This document shows, piece by piece, positions 13,480 to 28,040 of a stretch of DNA of 64,000 bases. Below the pieces are notes generated by a model. That model had not been told where the DNA came from. It saw only the letters and a list, made by a program, of their open reading frames with translations, and did not search any database. A program made the position numbers and the translations under genes. How positions within the stretch are numbered: the first letter of the stretch is position 1; each line of letters opens with the position of its first letter. This stretch comes from Octopus bimaculoides (taxonomy: Eukaryota), in NCBI RefSeq assembly GCF_001194135.2, contig NC_068993.1, forward strand, positions 42,403,161 through 42,467,160, in the 5' to 3' direction.

Positions 13480-13660
13480 ATTGGCATGCTTAGCAAATGT
13501 CTATTTACTAGGGAAATTATCGCTACATTTATCCGCCTTTCAACAAATTTACTGGGAGACAGCTTTCCCCACTTACCATTTTGAATTTTCTTTCCAACAT
13601 CATGACTATCAACCTTTTCCGGACACAATTTAATGCAATTCTCCAGTTGTTGCGTTGCAT
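13480..13660 (-). mobile_element. Probable Tx1-type ORF2 extreme C-terminal fragment
   Basis: LSPSKFVERRINVA resembles recalled Tx1 C-termini. Confidence 0.45.
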
Positions 13661-13699
13661 GCATTTCATAAGTTTCGAAGATATGACTTTTCTTCTTGA

Positions 13700-14060
13700 G
13701 AAAAAACAGCTGATGTTTGTCGTTGCCGTCTGCTGATTTATTTACCTTGTTATTCCCTTGGTCTCCTGGGCTTTCCTTTGAGCCAGAGGCACTTTTTAAC
13801 CCTTAGACAGAGTGACTTGTGTACTTGACTTCAGATAAGTACACGCACCTGTGGGTCCGTGTAACACGTGCCAAAAAGCCAGCCCTTCTCCGATTCTTAT
13901 GTTCTTTAGTTATATCTAATTTTAGTTGACAAATAACTGATGTCCCAAGCCAGAGCGAAATAAATAATGCTGGTTATGAAGGGCTAACTACATACTCTCT
14001 CTAACTCTTGAACTTCGGAGCTGAAGCTTCACCAACGGATGCAGTTTAATGTCTTGCCGA
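13700..14060 (-). mobile_element. Degenerate retroelement remnant, possibly RTE C-terminus
   Basis: LAFWHV and GKPRRPRE weakly resemble RTE GHV..R and GRPR motifs. Confidence 0.3.
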
Positions 14061-14134
14061 AGATTATGCCCCAAATACTACCCATAAAATATATTATCAG
14101 GTAATAATATTAAACATTATAACTACTAAAGTGA

Positions 14135-14456
14135 GATGATTGTGTTTTCTGAACCATCGATTTCATATTTCCCAGCTTCGGACTACACACGACGTTATCC
14201 CAGTAAATCATATCAGTAGATTAGCTAAAATTTCGGCAAATAGTTTATAGAATTTTCAAGAACATTTTTGCCGATAGTATATAAAAAGGTGTGATGACAG
14301 TGTGTTTAGAATCATCGTATTCGCAGCTTCGGACGAAAAGCATTACGCTACTCCTTTGTGGTTCAGTGAATCAGCTCGATTGGTGAGCCTAAATCTTTCC
14401 GTCAAATAGTTTATAGAATATTCAAGAACCTATTGCTAACCGTATGTAAAAAGGCG
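14135..14456. repeat. Diverged tandem duplication, ~160-bp unit x2
   Basis: cagcttcggac, aaatagtttatagaa(t/a)ttcaagaac and ta(t/g)taaaaagg recur with ~158-165 bp period. Confidence 0.8.
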
Positions 14457-15029
14457 GACAAATCTAACTAAAAAGAGAGCTGTCAGATTCTGCGGGAGGT
14501 TATGTCATTTTCTCTATGTAATGGGTTCTAGTTATTCAATATTCAAATATTAATAAGATTTGAAGGCAACACACAGAGTTATGATAGTAAATCTTACGAA
14601 AGATCATTCGTATTCCCTTAATTTTATTTGCCTTCGATAATTGTGAATTATTGTGGTATTATATATCAGCAATGTTGCAGTGACCAAATGTTGTTCAATT
14701 CGTTAATTCTAAAATGCCGTTACATCTTCAAAGGCTGCAAAACTGTGTATATTATGTTCCCGGTTAAATGAACAGAGAGAAAAATTATACTGAATTTGTG
14801 AATTGAACACGCCGTTCATAAAGGTTAATTACCGTCAATTATTCATTAACTATCTCCCAATCACACTAAACTTCACTCAGCACTCGTTGATGCAGAGCGA
14901 CACATCTGCAGAGAAACAAGAACGACGATGAGGATGATGGCTAGTAACAGATGTCATTATCGTTCATGGGGATTTTTTATCCTACAGTTCGTTCATTTGA
15001 TTATGCAGTATTGTTGGATGTGAGACGTT

Positions 15030-15260
15030 GCCTAGCGTATGATTATTGCACATGCGATGGTGAGATCGTGGTTTCAATTCCCGGAGCGGGCGATGTGAGG
15101 TCTTCTTGAGCAAACCCCTTCATTTCACGTTGCAATGCGAAAACTTCCACAACAGGTGGTGGCACACTACGCAACGGTATGAACAACACCCAATTGATGG
15201 AGAATGTTACCTCATGTACAACACAAGACTTTGATCACTATAAAAGACTCATCTATGTAA
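15030..15260 (+). mobile_element. Degenerate tRNA-derived SINE (family C-like)
   Basis: gtggtttcaattcccggagcgggcg...ttgagcaaaccccttcatttcacgttgc: B-box plus a conserved central-domain-like stretch. Confidence 0.55.
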
Positions 15261-16689
15261 TATCAGCTTCCTCGAACTTGAAAGACTACTAATAAGAAGC
15301 TAATTCCTGGATCGAGCGTAGATCGAGTTGAGACTCTGTGGCAAATAGCAGAAAGCATTAGCGCAAGCATCACAATGATTGACTGAGCAGTTACAGTAGC
15401 TTGTTTCGCATATATTTGTATATAAAATTGTTTTGCTTATCTTCATCGTGCATTTCTTTCCTCTTTTAATTTCGTTTATATCAAAGTAACTTCCTCCATT
15501 GAATTTTAATCGTTTCGTTCCACATGCCTGGTCTCTATTTCCTAACATCTACATTGTAGAAACATCTAATTTGCTTTTCATAATATTGCGATTATTATAT
15601 TTATGTTTGTATATACATATCTACACGCACATATATTCGCATATATGAATATATATATTTATTTACATATGCAAACATTTATATATATATATATGTATGA
15701 CGTATACATATATATNNNNNNNNNNTCTTTCCTCTTTTAATTTCGTTTATATCAAAGTAACTTCCTCCATTGAATTTTAATCGTTTCGTTCCACATGCCT
15801 GGTCTCTATTTCCTAACATCTACATTGTAGAAACATCTAATTTGCTTTTCATAATATTGCGATTATTATATTTATGTTTGTATATACATATCTACACGCA
15901 CATATATTCGCATATATGAATATATATATTTATTTACATATGCAAACATTTATATATATATATATGTATGTATGTATATATATATAAACACCAAATACAT
16001 AGATATATGCATGTTTATATGTATATACGTATGTATAAATGTAAGTATTCATGTATGTATGAATACATGTACGTATCCATATATGTACTACACACTTATA
16101 CATAAGTATTTTGCAAACGTGTGTTGGTGGATTTGTGTGTATGAGTTTGTGGAACTGCTTCTTTCTCATTACATTTGAGATATCAGAGGCGGAAACTTGA
16201 CAGTGAAAGCGTTACATTCGTCAGAGTCAATCGAACCGCTCAAAGCGCACAAAACTGCTTATATTAACCAGTAAAATGGTGGGGGCCAATTTCGTTTACA
16301 ATATTTGGTATTGCCCCAAGCGAAAACTGACTTGTTATATACTTAGCAATTATGGTTTATTATTATATAAATACATGTGTGCGTGTGTGTGTGTGAGTGT
16401 GCATGTGTATATGCTACATAGATATATAACTATATTTATATCTAGTTATTATGGCACAACTCTATAGACGCAGCTATTAACTAATGACTAAAGCAAAGAT
16501 ATTACCATTTATCAATTCAATTCATACTGGGATATTATTATTATTGTAATTCACACTGTAACTTACTTTGAACCTCAAAGTACAATAGCAATTCTGACAT
16601 TTCAAAATATTAAACATGTAACACATGATAATAAGCATTCTTTACAACCATAAGTATAACAAACACAATGGTTGTTGTTATCGTTAAAT

Positions 16690-16815
16690 ATTCTTCTTCT
16701 TCTTCTTCTTCTTCTTCTTCTTCTTCTTCTTCTTCTTCTTCTTCTTCTTCTTCTTCTTCTTCTTCTTCTTCTTCTTCTTCTTCTTCTTCTTCTTCTCTTC
16801 CTCCTCCTCCTCCTC

Positions 16816-16873
<58 letters not shown>

Positions 16874-16985
16874 GCATCTTCCTCATCTTTGTCAACATCA
16901 TCATCGTCATCATCATTATAATCATCATCACCATCATCATCCTTATATATATCATTATTATTATTATTATTATCATTATTATTAC

Positions 16986-17017
<32 letters not shown>

Positions 17018-17024
17018 TTATTAC
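16690..17024. repeat. Compound (TTC)n(CCT)n(ATT)n(CAT)n microsatellite; its (ATT)n end is the tail/target of the adjacent Dong-like LINE
   Basis: Direct inspection. Confidence 0.95.
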
Positions 17025-17780
17025 GTGATGAAAACTCATAGCTTATTTTATTGGGTATGATGGAAAGTGTCAGCTGTCTACAGCCAGCTAACTAAGGCGA
17101 CACTTGTTTACTGATCATACTTCAAGAAACCTGCAAAGAATTCTTGCAGTTCTACGCAATGCTGATTTTTGTAGGTGTTCTACCTTCACACTTGCACCAA
17201 TGATTTTTAGCCATGTTGGTAGTTGAGAGCTGATACTTCCAAATGCACCAATTACTATTGGTATCACGTCTAATCTCCTCATGACCACAACCTTCATATT
17301 TCCCATTTCAAATCGTCATAGCTGTTTATTTTCTCTTCTTTCACATAGATCCTGGTGTCACTGGAGCATGCTATTTCGATTATCATGCATGTCCTTTCCT
17401 TTTTTATTCACTACACCAATGTTCACTTTCTGATATCTGGTCAAATGATCGCACTGGATCATTGCATCCCACGGGATTTTGCAATTCCCATGCTCAAATA
17501 CTCTTTCTGGGGTTTACTCATATCACGTCTTTGCTCTTTGTAGGCCGTGATTTCCACAGAGCTTCCAATGGATCATTCTCGCCACATTTTCATGGCGTCT
17601 TTTGTATTCACGTTATGCTAACTTCGGACCTTCGCTAACGATGTGCTATACCGCTTCACCCCTCTCACCACACATTCTTCTGCATTTGCGACTGTGGGTA
17701 GTGTTGTCTATTTTGCATTTCACATCGTTGGTCCTTGACGCTTCTTCTTGAGAGTTGGGTTTTAACGCTTGTTCTTCAGA
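17025..17780 (-). mobile_element. 5'-truncated R4/Dong-type LINE (CCHC, restriction-like endonuclease, 3' UTR)
   Basis: Minus strand: RTNDVKCKID..RKCRRMCGERGEAV*HIVSEGPKLA*REYKRRHENVARMIHWKLC...KIPWDAMIQCDH...CMIIEIAC...VIPIVIGAFG...HLQKSALRRTARILCRFLEV*, UTR with aataaa, then (TAA)n. Confidence 0.9.
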
Positions 17781-17916
<136 letters not shown>

Positions 17917-17917
17917 T

Positions 17918-18012
17918 GAAGGTGGCGAATCATTACCACGCCGGACAGTATGCTTAGCGAGATTTCTTCCAGGTTTACGCCCTGAGTTCCAATTCTACCA
18001 CGGTCTATTTCG
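17918..18012 (+). mobile_element. SINE family A 5' part
   Basis: gaaggtggcgaatcattaccacgccggacagtatgcttagcg...ctgagttccaattc. Confidence 0.65.
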
Positions 18013-20130
18013 TTATTGAAGCAACACCAAGTGAATTGTTTCTTTCGAGAACTTTAAAAAAACTATAATCACAGCAGGAAAGCTTCCCTTCAATATCCTT
18101 GGATATACAACAAGCCAGGTTTTGATTACATACGTTTACAATCTATTTATTTATACACCTTACATTTTCGCTTTCATAATGGCTACCAAACAGACACACA
18201 GAGACATACGCACTTGCACAAACACACATATTTATGCATGTACGTGTATATGTATCTATGCATATGTGTGTATATGTATATGCATGCATACATGTGTGTA
18301 TATATATNNNNNNNNNNNNNNNNNNNNNNNNNNNNNNNNNNNNNNNNNNNNNNNNNNNNNNNNNNNNNNNNNNNNNNNNNNNNNNNNNNNNNNNNNNNNN
18401 NNNNNNNNNNNNNNNNNNNNNNNNNNNNNNNNNAAATGCAAAAAGAAACGAGATTCAATGTCAAAACTCGCAACTCAATATACATGGAATAGAAAATAAA
18501 CAGTTTACTGAACAATTAAAGAATAAATATGAAAATAACCAGTTTCGTGGACAGTAGCAACCGTAACAAGAAAAGGCAATGACGACTCATACAAGGAGTC
18601 AAACACTATAATACATCCATGTTGTAGTCGTGTCAGAACGAATCTTCCCTTAATACGGACTGAACAAAGAGAATTTTTAAACCTGTCACAGATCAAAGAA
18701 AAGAAATAATACTGCGAGAATTTTGCGAGACCGAATGCTATTTTTGGGCCAAAAGAACTCATCCAAGCGGGGACAAAGGGAAAGGAAGCAGATCAAGTCT
18801 ACCCTTACGACAAGTAAAAACCTACAAGCATGTCAAATATATTGGGGGAATTCTCTCAACTGCAAAGGCAAACTATATGGTACTATCTGGCATCTTCAAA
18901 ATTGAAAACTCAGCGAAATTAGACTGAAGTTGTATGATATACCTCGGGTTATACATTTCTGCCCATCTACAGGGACAGAAGTGTATACGATGGGAATCGG
19001 AGGTCAGTGTTCAGCTTTGAACCACATTATGAGCCAATAGTTAAAACATATCTAATAAAGGCGACAAAATAGATTTGCAAGTTCGTAGTGAACACCAAAG
19101 GCTTCACGCCTGTGCTAGAATTGCGCAAAGTAGAAGCCGAAAGGGGTGCATGATGCAGAATAAAATGTTTAGTTGCAACATTTATCATAGTAAGAAACTC
19201 TTCAAAGCTGATTGCACGGAACAATTTTGAAAGACTCACTTAAAACGTTACTCGAAAATAAAAATCAATTTGACCAGCGAAAAGGAGACCAACCTATGTT
19301 TCCAATGCTAAAATTTTGGGGCTGTCATAAGAAATCTCTTCATACTTAGTGCTAGAAACAGATGAACATCTTAATATTTAACAATGCACCCCTCGATTGC
19401 TGTGCGATGATTTAGTAATAATAGTTGTAGGTACAAATCCATAAACTGTTGAAGAAAACACAGAAGGAAAAAAAAATCACATACATAAAACAAAAAACAA
19501 TGGTTAGAAGCACGAAGTTCTTCAAAACAGCAATGATACCAGTGGAGATAATGTGGCGATAAACATTATAACGAAGAAAATGAAGATGACGATGACTTCC
19601 CAAAGAAGTTAGAATGACATAAAAAGTATTAGTTTCAGAATATAAACAAGATACTAAAGATATAAAACCAAATCTAAGATACTACATCGAACTTCGAAGA
19701 GCATCTTCCAATGATGTTGGAGTTTTTAAACAACGAGTGTCCTAAAAAAAAAAATGCTTACACGTGCATTCGTAAACAATTCAAGAACTGATAAATGGAT
19801 TTAGTCGTAGAGTGCTCAAAGTCAACCAAACCAGTAATTTTTCAACTTTACTTTCTTCTAATTATTGTGTTTTATCGTACCGATGATATTTCCTTACTAA
19901 TATAAGTACTTATAACATTTTAATGTGTCTATTCATATATTGAATGACGTTTGTCACTACCCCGTTTTAGTATTTGTGAAAGTTTCTTTGCAATCCCCTC
20001 GTGATTTTTGCAATTTTGTATCTTCTTGGGCTCACATGGCTAATGAAGAAAAGATTATTATTATAGATTTACTTCTGCGGTCTCTTTATATTCTGAGTGT
20101 AAATCCCAGTGAGTCCAACTTAACTTTCTG

Positions 20131-20178
20131 AGCCGACAAAATATAGTAGCCGACAAATATAGTAGCCAACAAATATAT
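20131..20178. repeat. 16-17 bp tandem repeat x3 (gccgacaaatatagta)
   Basis: Direct inspection. Confidence 0.85.
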
Positions 20179-20399
20179 ATGACGATCGAACATTCACTAT
20201 TACCAACAGCACCTATGGAAGAAATTATTGTAATGGGTTTATTTCATTGCAAAGAAGATGGGGGAAAGGAGACAAGACAATGGAAAGATTGCAGAAAAGG
20301 GTGAAGGGTCTCATTAATAAAAAATAACGCCAAGAAGTTTTTTTATTCTAATGATTGAGATACTTGAATGACTCTACAGTACTCTGCTTCACCTAGAGC

Positions 20400-20600
20400 C
20401 ATCGCGTTTGCACACAAATGTGTGAGAAGAGTTTAGTCGATTATATCAAACCCTTGCTTTTAACCGGTACTTTATTTTGTCGATCTTGGAGCAATGAAAT
20501 GTAAACTAGACTTTGGTGGAATTTGAACGCAGAACGTAAAGAGTTGTGAGTTAATGTTGTAAGAGTGTATGACACTCTGTTGATTCCGCCAATCTCACTC
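20400..20600 (-). mobile_element. SINE family A
   Basis: ggtactttattttgtcgatc...gactttggtggaatttgaacgcagaacgtaaag. Confidence 0.7.
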
Positions 20601-20811
20601 ACATCTATTATTCAGATGTTTTGTGCAGTTGTAGTATATTATACATCAGTTCAAATTTCAATAGTATCCAGACAACACCAGGTTTGGACAAGAAGCGGGG
20701 TCAGATAATTTTTGTTTCTGTGATGATTTCGATGATGTATTTTACAAAATAAAGATTGAGGATGGATGAACCTCTAAGAATCACTTTTGATATTTCTCTC
20801 TCTCTCTCTCT

Positions 20812-20945
20812 CCGTTAGCACGCCGAGCAAAATGCTAAGCAGCATTTCGTCCGTCTTTAAAATTAGTACCAGTTGAGCACTGGGTCGATGTAATCAACTT
20901 ACCCCTCCCCCGAACTTGCTGGCTTGGAACCAAAATTTAAGATCA
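20812..20945 (+). mobile_element. SINE family A, internally deleted
   Basis: cgttagcacgccgagcaaaatgctaagcagcatttcgtccgtcttta joins directly to agtaccagttgagcactgggtcgatgtaatc. Confidence 0.7.
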
Positions 20946-20976
20946 ATATTTCTCTCTTACCCTCTTTCCTTCCCTT

Positions 20977-20980
<4 letters not shown>

Positions 20981-21066
<86 letters not shown>
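20981..21066. repeat. (CT)n microsatellite
   Basis: Direct inspection. Confidence 0.95.
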
Positions 21067-21069
<3 letters not shown>

Positions 21070-21129
21070 TATCTTCTAGAGACACTTTTGTTATCAGCAC
21101 TCCTATAACAATGGGAATTTCTTTTTTGA

Positions 21130-22110
21130 ACTCTACAAGATTTCTTGAGTAAATCCAGATACTTCTTAATATATTCTTACTATCCGTATGACAATCCTAT
21201 CACACAGCAATATCAAAAAGTCGGTGAGCTAGCACATTTGTCTTCATTTATAATAATAGCATCATGCCTCTGTAACCCCTTCACCCGAATGTATTGCACT
21301 AAGACATTCCACATTCTCTTACGTTACTTCTTTCAATTAAATCTATTCTAAATCAAAATTCCTAATAACTTTCTCGGGTATATTTACCTACCCTGTCATA
21401 TCGTACGCTGCATTATTTCCTCTTTTCGTATTGCATTCTATATTTATATAGGCTATGATTGATTGACATTTTCATCTACCTTACCACGTATCCAACAGTT
21501 ACTTGGTGGATTTTGTCTATTTCGGTCTTAGCAAGGTTTGTTTTAACAGCCTGTCCTTGCACACAGTAATGATAAAGGTTCCTCTTTCCCATTTTAGATC
21601 TTCAGCTTTCAGCCAAACCTCTATTTTCTCCAGCTATATTTTTCTGTTTGCTGACAAACTGTCATGAAGCACTTTTTCTATACTAATCTTCCATTTTTTC
21701 TTTATTATTTTGTATTTTAGCTTCTGTACATTCGCTATTGATTTTCCTCGTTGTATAGCTGTAAATATCAACTTCTAACTTTTGCTCGCACACCTCACTT
21801 GTCCTATAATTGTCAAATGTACTGTGTGTGTTATATTGAATAACCATCTACATCTTTCTTTTCTTGCTATATACAGTCTATTATATTCACTTAAAACAAC
21901 GTCTTTTGATCTCAAGGTCACCTCGATATCAAACAAGTTGCCACGAACTCACACTCGTCTCAAGTGTCTTTAGTTTGTTGTTAAAGCCAATTATTTTTAG
22001 GGACTCCACAATCCAGAGAAAGAGAACAATATTTATTTTTGTAGACCATTTATCATATTGCTGGTACTTCATCGTGTTTTCGATTTCTGTGGTAGGAATA
22101 TACAACAGTA
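21130..22110 (-). mobile_element. Heavily decayed R4/Dong-type LINE (RT piece and C-terminal half)
   Basis: Minus-strand pieces WIVESLKIIG (RT region), WLKAEDLK, QGQAVKTNLAKTEIDKI and EYIKKYLDL, in the expected order. Confidence 0.7.
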
Positions 22111-22113
22111 ATT

Positions 22114-22280
<167 letters not shown>

Positions 22281-22810
22281 TATAACAATATATTATGTGT
22301 TAATCACGCATGAATTTCTTGGCCTATTTTCCGTCTCCAGTAGATGTTCATTTCATTCAGAATGTGCGTTCGATTAGTTATCAATTTCATCGATGGTTTC
22401 CATAGGAACGGTAAACAAATACTGAAACTGACACTTGTTTACGTGATGGCTACATGAATGAGTTTTATGTACAATGACATAGACATAACACTCTTTGTAA
22501 AGTATAATCCTCAAACGAAACGAGCCAAGGAGGGCGCCTATGTCGCAAACGTGTATAAACATATACGTCTTTGCTCGAATTAGCAGTCACATATTATACA
22601 AAATACTAAAACAATTTTATCAAATGCAAAATCATCTGCAGATAATAAAAACCGATGTATGTATATGTTGGTGGGAAAGGGGAGGATGAGAGATTAAAAG
22701 ACAGATGCAAAGTGAGTTTAAATGGGAAGTGCAAAATGTATGCACATACCAGGCTTGGTAACAGGAGGAGGTGAAGGAGAATATGACTGAGTAATTATAA
22801 GGGGGAGTCA

Positions 22811-22858
22811 CACAAGCCTTGAGTGTGAATTAGATAGATGGAAACTGAAAGAAGCTCG

Positions 22859-22925
<67 letters not shown>

Positions 22926-23080
22926 TGCCTGTATTTGTCCCCCGCCACCACTTGACAACCGGTGCTGGTGTGTTTACGTCCACATAACTTAGTGGTTCGG
23001 CAAAAGGGAACTATAGAGTAAATTTCAAGGCGGTGCCCCAGCATGGCCGCAGTCAAAGGACTCGAGCAAGTAAAAGATGA
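22811..23080 (+). mobile_element. SINE family B 3' part with internal (GT)n
   Basis: gaaactgaaagaagctcgtc(gt)n...gacaaccggtgctggtgtgtttacgtcc...aaggcggtgccccagcatggccgcagtc. Confidence 0.75.
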
Positions 23081-23397
23081 AATTAATGAGGAATTTATCT
23101 TTTTATAATTTTAATTTAAGGCAATAAATATTTTGTATAAGGACCAAGAAGATTGATGCGTAATGCAAAGTTAGATCATAATCAATGTACGCATGTCATT
23201 TCCTGATATTACCTATGTTAGCAATAGCATTCTTCCAAAGTTACCTGTTATATGGCAGGTGAGATCCAATTTAAATTAGAAATCACAAACTCTATTCCTC
23301 CTGGGGCTTTCTTATTTGTAAATCCTCCGTAGTATTCATAGGCGCAGATATGGCTTAGGCTTTAAAACGTTCACACACAGACTTCAGTTCAATCCCA

Positions 23398-23535
23398 CTT
23401 TGGTATCTTGGATATATATCTTTTGGTATATTCGATATATATCTTTTGCTATGGTATCTTGGATATATATGGTATCTTGGATATATATGGTATATTGGAT
23501 ATATATGGTATCTTGGATATATATCTTTTGTTATA
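23398..23535. repeat. 18-bp minisatellite (tggtatcttggatatata) x~6
   Basis: Direct inspection. Confidence 0.9.
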
Positions 23536-23699
23536 GTCTGCGATCAACGAACGTCTTTGGAGCAAAAAGAAATTTGTATGGAAGCCTCTTCAAGAAAGTC
23601 TCGGTAGATTTATTTCTCACCCCCATTCTGTCGCAGTTATTCGAGCCAAATATCGGTCTAAATTTAAAATTTCTCTTTTCCTCCTACCATTCTTAAGAC

Positions 23700-24340
23700 C
23701 CTAGATATGTCTCATGTGTACACACCTTCATCATCTGACATTAATAAAGAAATAAAACATATGCTCTTTCTGTTGTCCTTTCTTTATTCTATGTTCTATA
23801 GTCCTATCTTCAACCGTTGCAATCAATGTTTTGTTCAAATATCTTACCAGGAGTGCCTTATCAGTAATGTGTTAATTTTTCCACATCTGTCTCTTCATTT
23901 TCTTAATGTTCTTCGACGCAGTTCGCTTGTTGATAGAATATTTTATTATTCCTAATTACGCTGCTTTGTTGATATTACTTGATCTATTGTTGAAATTCAT
24001 TTATTTTCGACGGCATCACATTCATTCTTTTTTTATTTCCTGTCTTTAAGTATTTTTTTTTCTTAATTCATCTTTTCTTTGCAACTCTCATACTGTTTAC
24101 TTAAAATTTCCTCTTTTTTATGTTTTTGAAATTGTAGAAACTTTACAAAGATCTTTATTTAGTTTTACATCTTTTTAAAAGTTGTACGACCAATTGTGTT
24201 TGATTTTATTCTTTCTGTTTGATTTCTATTTATTCTGTGATAGCTTCTCAATATACTAGAATATTGGTCTCTGTGATGTTATTTAATTGTAGAATTTTCA
24301 GATCTTCATTAGCTTCTCTGAGTGCCAAGCATGATTTACA
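23700..24340 (-). mobile_element. Decayed R4/Dong-type LINE N-terminal ORF region
   Basis: Minus strand LQLNNITETNILVY...LNKDLCKV...NKIFYQ resembles the recalled ITETNxLxY and RKDLS motifs of R4/Dong N-termini. Confidence 0.5.
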
Positions 24341-24744
24341 CTTCACAAAACAAAGTTCCCATTAATTATTCGTAGTCTTATACGGCAGCAATTTATATTT
24401 ATTGCTGCTGCTGCTATTATTGACATTCTTGTTCAATGTGCTGCTGATCTTGTTATCAGAATAACCTGAATTACAGAAGATATATCTCCACCCACACAGA
24501 AAGGCTGCATGAAATAGCCTTCTCTGCCTCTTCAGTATGCGATTTCCTGGCAATAATGGCTAGATCACAAAGACCTGAGCAGCCTTTCAAGAAGTTCTCT
24601 CTATTAATATGTCTTTAAAAGATAAACCTTACCCATGTTTTTAATTTATATAATTCTGACAAGTACTGACATATCAATAGACTACCATCATTACACCTTC
24701 AACATTGCTAAAGTGATCTCGGTATCATTGTTATTAATATGCGT

Positions 24745-24798
<54 letters not shown>

Positions 24799-24939
24799 TA
24801 GGTTAATTGAGGTAGAGGTTAAAATAACAACCGTCTAAGGGATAAAAGTATCTCAAATACTACGGGTATATAACGTATATTTAAACATGGGCAAAAATGT
24901 TATGCTCATAAATTATAGGTAAAGACAAGGATAAACAGG

Positions 24940-25041
<102 letters not shown>

Positions 25042-26799
25042 TATTCATATTCATATTCATATACAAATATATTTTTCCATATTATTATGTTTAAATCTTC
25101 CCTAGTGATTTTCCTGATACATACATGAAATTAGCAGTCTACAAAAATTGGTATACTAAAATAAATTTATACAAAACTCCATTGTAAAAGATCTCAGTTT
25201 ACTGGTCATAAATATGATCCAACGCGAAATAATGAAGTTTTGAATGAGAAGTGTAAACATGGCAGCACACTAGACGTTTAGATGTAGAAGGAATTTAAGC
25301 TTAATTTAAACGAAGAATGGTATAACTGTCACGTCAGAATTTGAAGAAAAACGATGTCAGACACATCTTTCAAAGCGGTTTGTTAGAAACATAAGGAAAA
25401 CACGAGACACTGTCAGCAAAAATATAACACCCTGGTAGCTAAATGGTGGAGGAAAAGCTGTAAGGGTTACATAATATTAAAACAATTAAAGGAAGAGATG
25501 TTTTTAAAAAAAATCTTTTAAATTATTTATTTGTCATCTTAGTTAAGTAGCCATTTATCAATATCAGTCGAATGCTATGAGAAGTTCCATCAGTGATTTG
25601 AATAACAATTGATTGATGGTATCATTTTAGAAAGGGTAATGGATGCTGCTTATAAATAGATCAAACAGGTGTAAAATCTCTACAACCAAGTTTGAAGCTG
25701 TGGAAGAATATTGTAGAGAGAAACATAAGAAATAGATACGAACACAAATATAAAATACAGCGTGACAGGAAAGGGTTCCTTGAAATCCGGTTGAAATTTA
25801 GGGGGCAAAACCACCTTGGAAGAAGTAAAACATTCTAATAGAATGATCCTGTAACGTAACACTTGAGAACAGCGATGGATCACGTATTTGGATAAACAAT
25901 GAGTCTCAATTTTGTTCAATTTGAATTTATTACAGTATTTCATAGCATAGATATTTTATAGTATTTTATAGCAAAGGTATTTTATAGCATATTCAAGCAT
26001 AGAAACAGGATTCATTGATATACTATTCAAAAGCAATAAAACAAGAATACAACAAGAATGTAATTTATGCAGGCTTTCAAAGTAACTGCCAATGGTTAAG
26101 GCATTATACAGAATACATTTTAGTAATTTTTATGCCATATGTTCCGTATCGCTTTCACTTCTGATCAACCAATTTACTCACTAAAAAATACAACCGTACA
26201 ACATAGTAAACAATATGTGCACTGAATAAAATATGGTATGCATGTAGTTGTTATTTTATTAACAATATTCAATTTAGCTGCACGTATTTGCAACATTTTA
26301 GAATTATTTATCAACATCTCTTTAGGTGAGTTAATACATTTTGAAGAATGTAATGTAATATAATAAAAGTATGCTGCAATGATAATATCTCTACAAAAAT
26401 GTGTTGAATACCAAACAGGTTTTTTGCTTTACATTGTGAATTTAAATTTTTGTTATTTAGATTTTTTTGATTTTCCTCTTCTACGGCGCAAAGATTGTTG
26501 CTCTGTTTTATTGATGCCGATTCAAATGTTTTTTTTCTTCCTCTCATTATGGCCACCACTGCTAGTTTTTTGCGCTGTGTCAATGTAAGAAATAATTATT
26601 ACATTATAATAATACTAGCAACAATATTTTCTGTTTTTCATTATAATGCTGTATTAAAAAAAAATTGAGCTTAGTCCAATTTTGTATCATATATTTACTT
26701 GATATATACATTGGAGGCGTTAATGTAAGACTTAAACTGAAAAATGTCTCGAATCCAGCCCTGCCTTTCCGACATCTGGCATTGTAAGAGACAATGATG

Positions 26800-27520
26800 G
26801 AATAGCAGTTATTCTGTTGATCTGTATGATCAGTATACTCTGATTCACAGATCCAGTAAAATTCCTTGCTAGGCTAAATTACTCCGTTCACCAGAGATAT
26901 TGTTCAGATGTTTCAAGAATACTGATTATAAAGATTACGATAAGATTCACAGATTTGAGTGGAATGGACTAAAATTAAATCGATTACTGATATGCAGATT
27001 AGAAGACTTTAGAAGACTTTAGACGACCTTAGCACTGGATCCTCATTATCCGATCGTGATGGAATATGTGACATACAGGTGCATATCCAAAATCCTGTGA
27101 AAGTTCCTAAATAAAAACTTGTTCACCTCCTATAACCTAGATGATATTATTATCCAAGCTGGAAAAGGTAGTTTCCGGTTTAGCTACTTCGGGATATTCA
27201 GTTATATGCCACTGTCTCCTCGTAATGTAGTTTCTATTATTGATGTCATTGTTGTTGTTATTATTGTTTTTATCACTGAGCGTTTCTGTATTTACTCTTA
27301 ACATCACACTTTGAACTAACCCGACGTGAGAAACTTGAGGAAAAGAGACGACAACGTCATCTGAAACTCACCAACAGCATAATGGGCAACTTCCTTTGTC
27401 ATCTCTGTTCAAGGACATGGCATTCCAGGGTCGGAATATTTTCTCATCTATCAACTCACAAAATGTAACTGAAGACTCCTAAAGGACAACCTCGTCGTCA
27501 ACATCGGCGGACAGCTATAA
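26800..27520 (+). mobile_element. RTE-type LINE 3' remnant with C-terminal C2H2-like finger
   Basis: 27310-27468 reads FELTRREKLEEKRRQRHLK...FLCHLCSRTWHSRVGIFSHLSTHKM*, matching RTE C-termini (CxxC..SRxG..SH...H). The upstream part is much more decayed. Confidence 0.7.
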
Positions 27521-27819
27521 GCAACAAAGCAAGCATGCTCTTAACATCACCTTACTACATCGCACTCTGTAATTCTCTATTCTGCCATACAGATCATACT
27601 GAACGTAATTTGCATAGATGTAATATACTGGAGCACAAATACCCTAAGCTTTGTAGCTTTTGGTGAGAAAGCTGAGGAAGGGAATTGATCGTATTACGAA
27701 ATCTGGCCAACTAATTTACTTGATAATCACATTCGATTTTATGAAAGAGGTATGTATTCTATTTCATTTGGAAAAAAAAACAATTGCGCTTTGTGTGTTT
27801 ATTTCATCAGTACTGCATG

Positions 27820-28040
27820 TGTGTGCGCGTGAGAGAGTTTGTGTGTGTGTGTGTATACGTACGTGTGTGCGTGTGTGTGTGTTTGTGTGTGAGTGCGTGT
27901 GTTCTTGTGTACGTGTGTGTATGTATATATATGTGTGTGTGCTTGCGTATGGATACATGTTTGTATGTATGTATGTACGTTAGTGTATGTGTGTATGTAT
28001 GTGTGTGTGTATGTATGTGTGTGTGTATGTATGTGTGTAA
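27820..28040. repeat. (GT)n/(GTAT)n microsatellite field
   Basis: Direct inspection. Confidence 0.9.

Noticed and set aside
15300-15548. Cys-rich minus-strand ORF (CETSYCNCSVNHCDAC)
   Set aside because: No recognisable domain, signal peptide or splice structure; consistent with chance.
15455-15970. Exact ~245-bp direct duplication (15455-15699 and 15726-15970)
   Set aside because: The copies flank a 10-N placeholder gap, the signature of overlapping contig ends; probably an assembly artefact.
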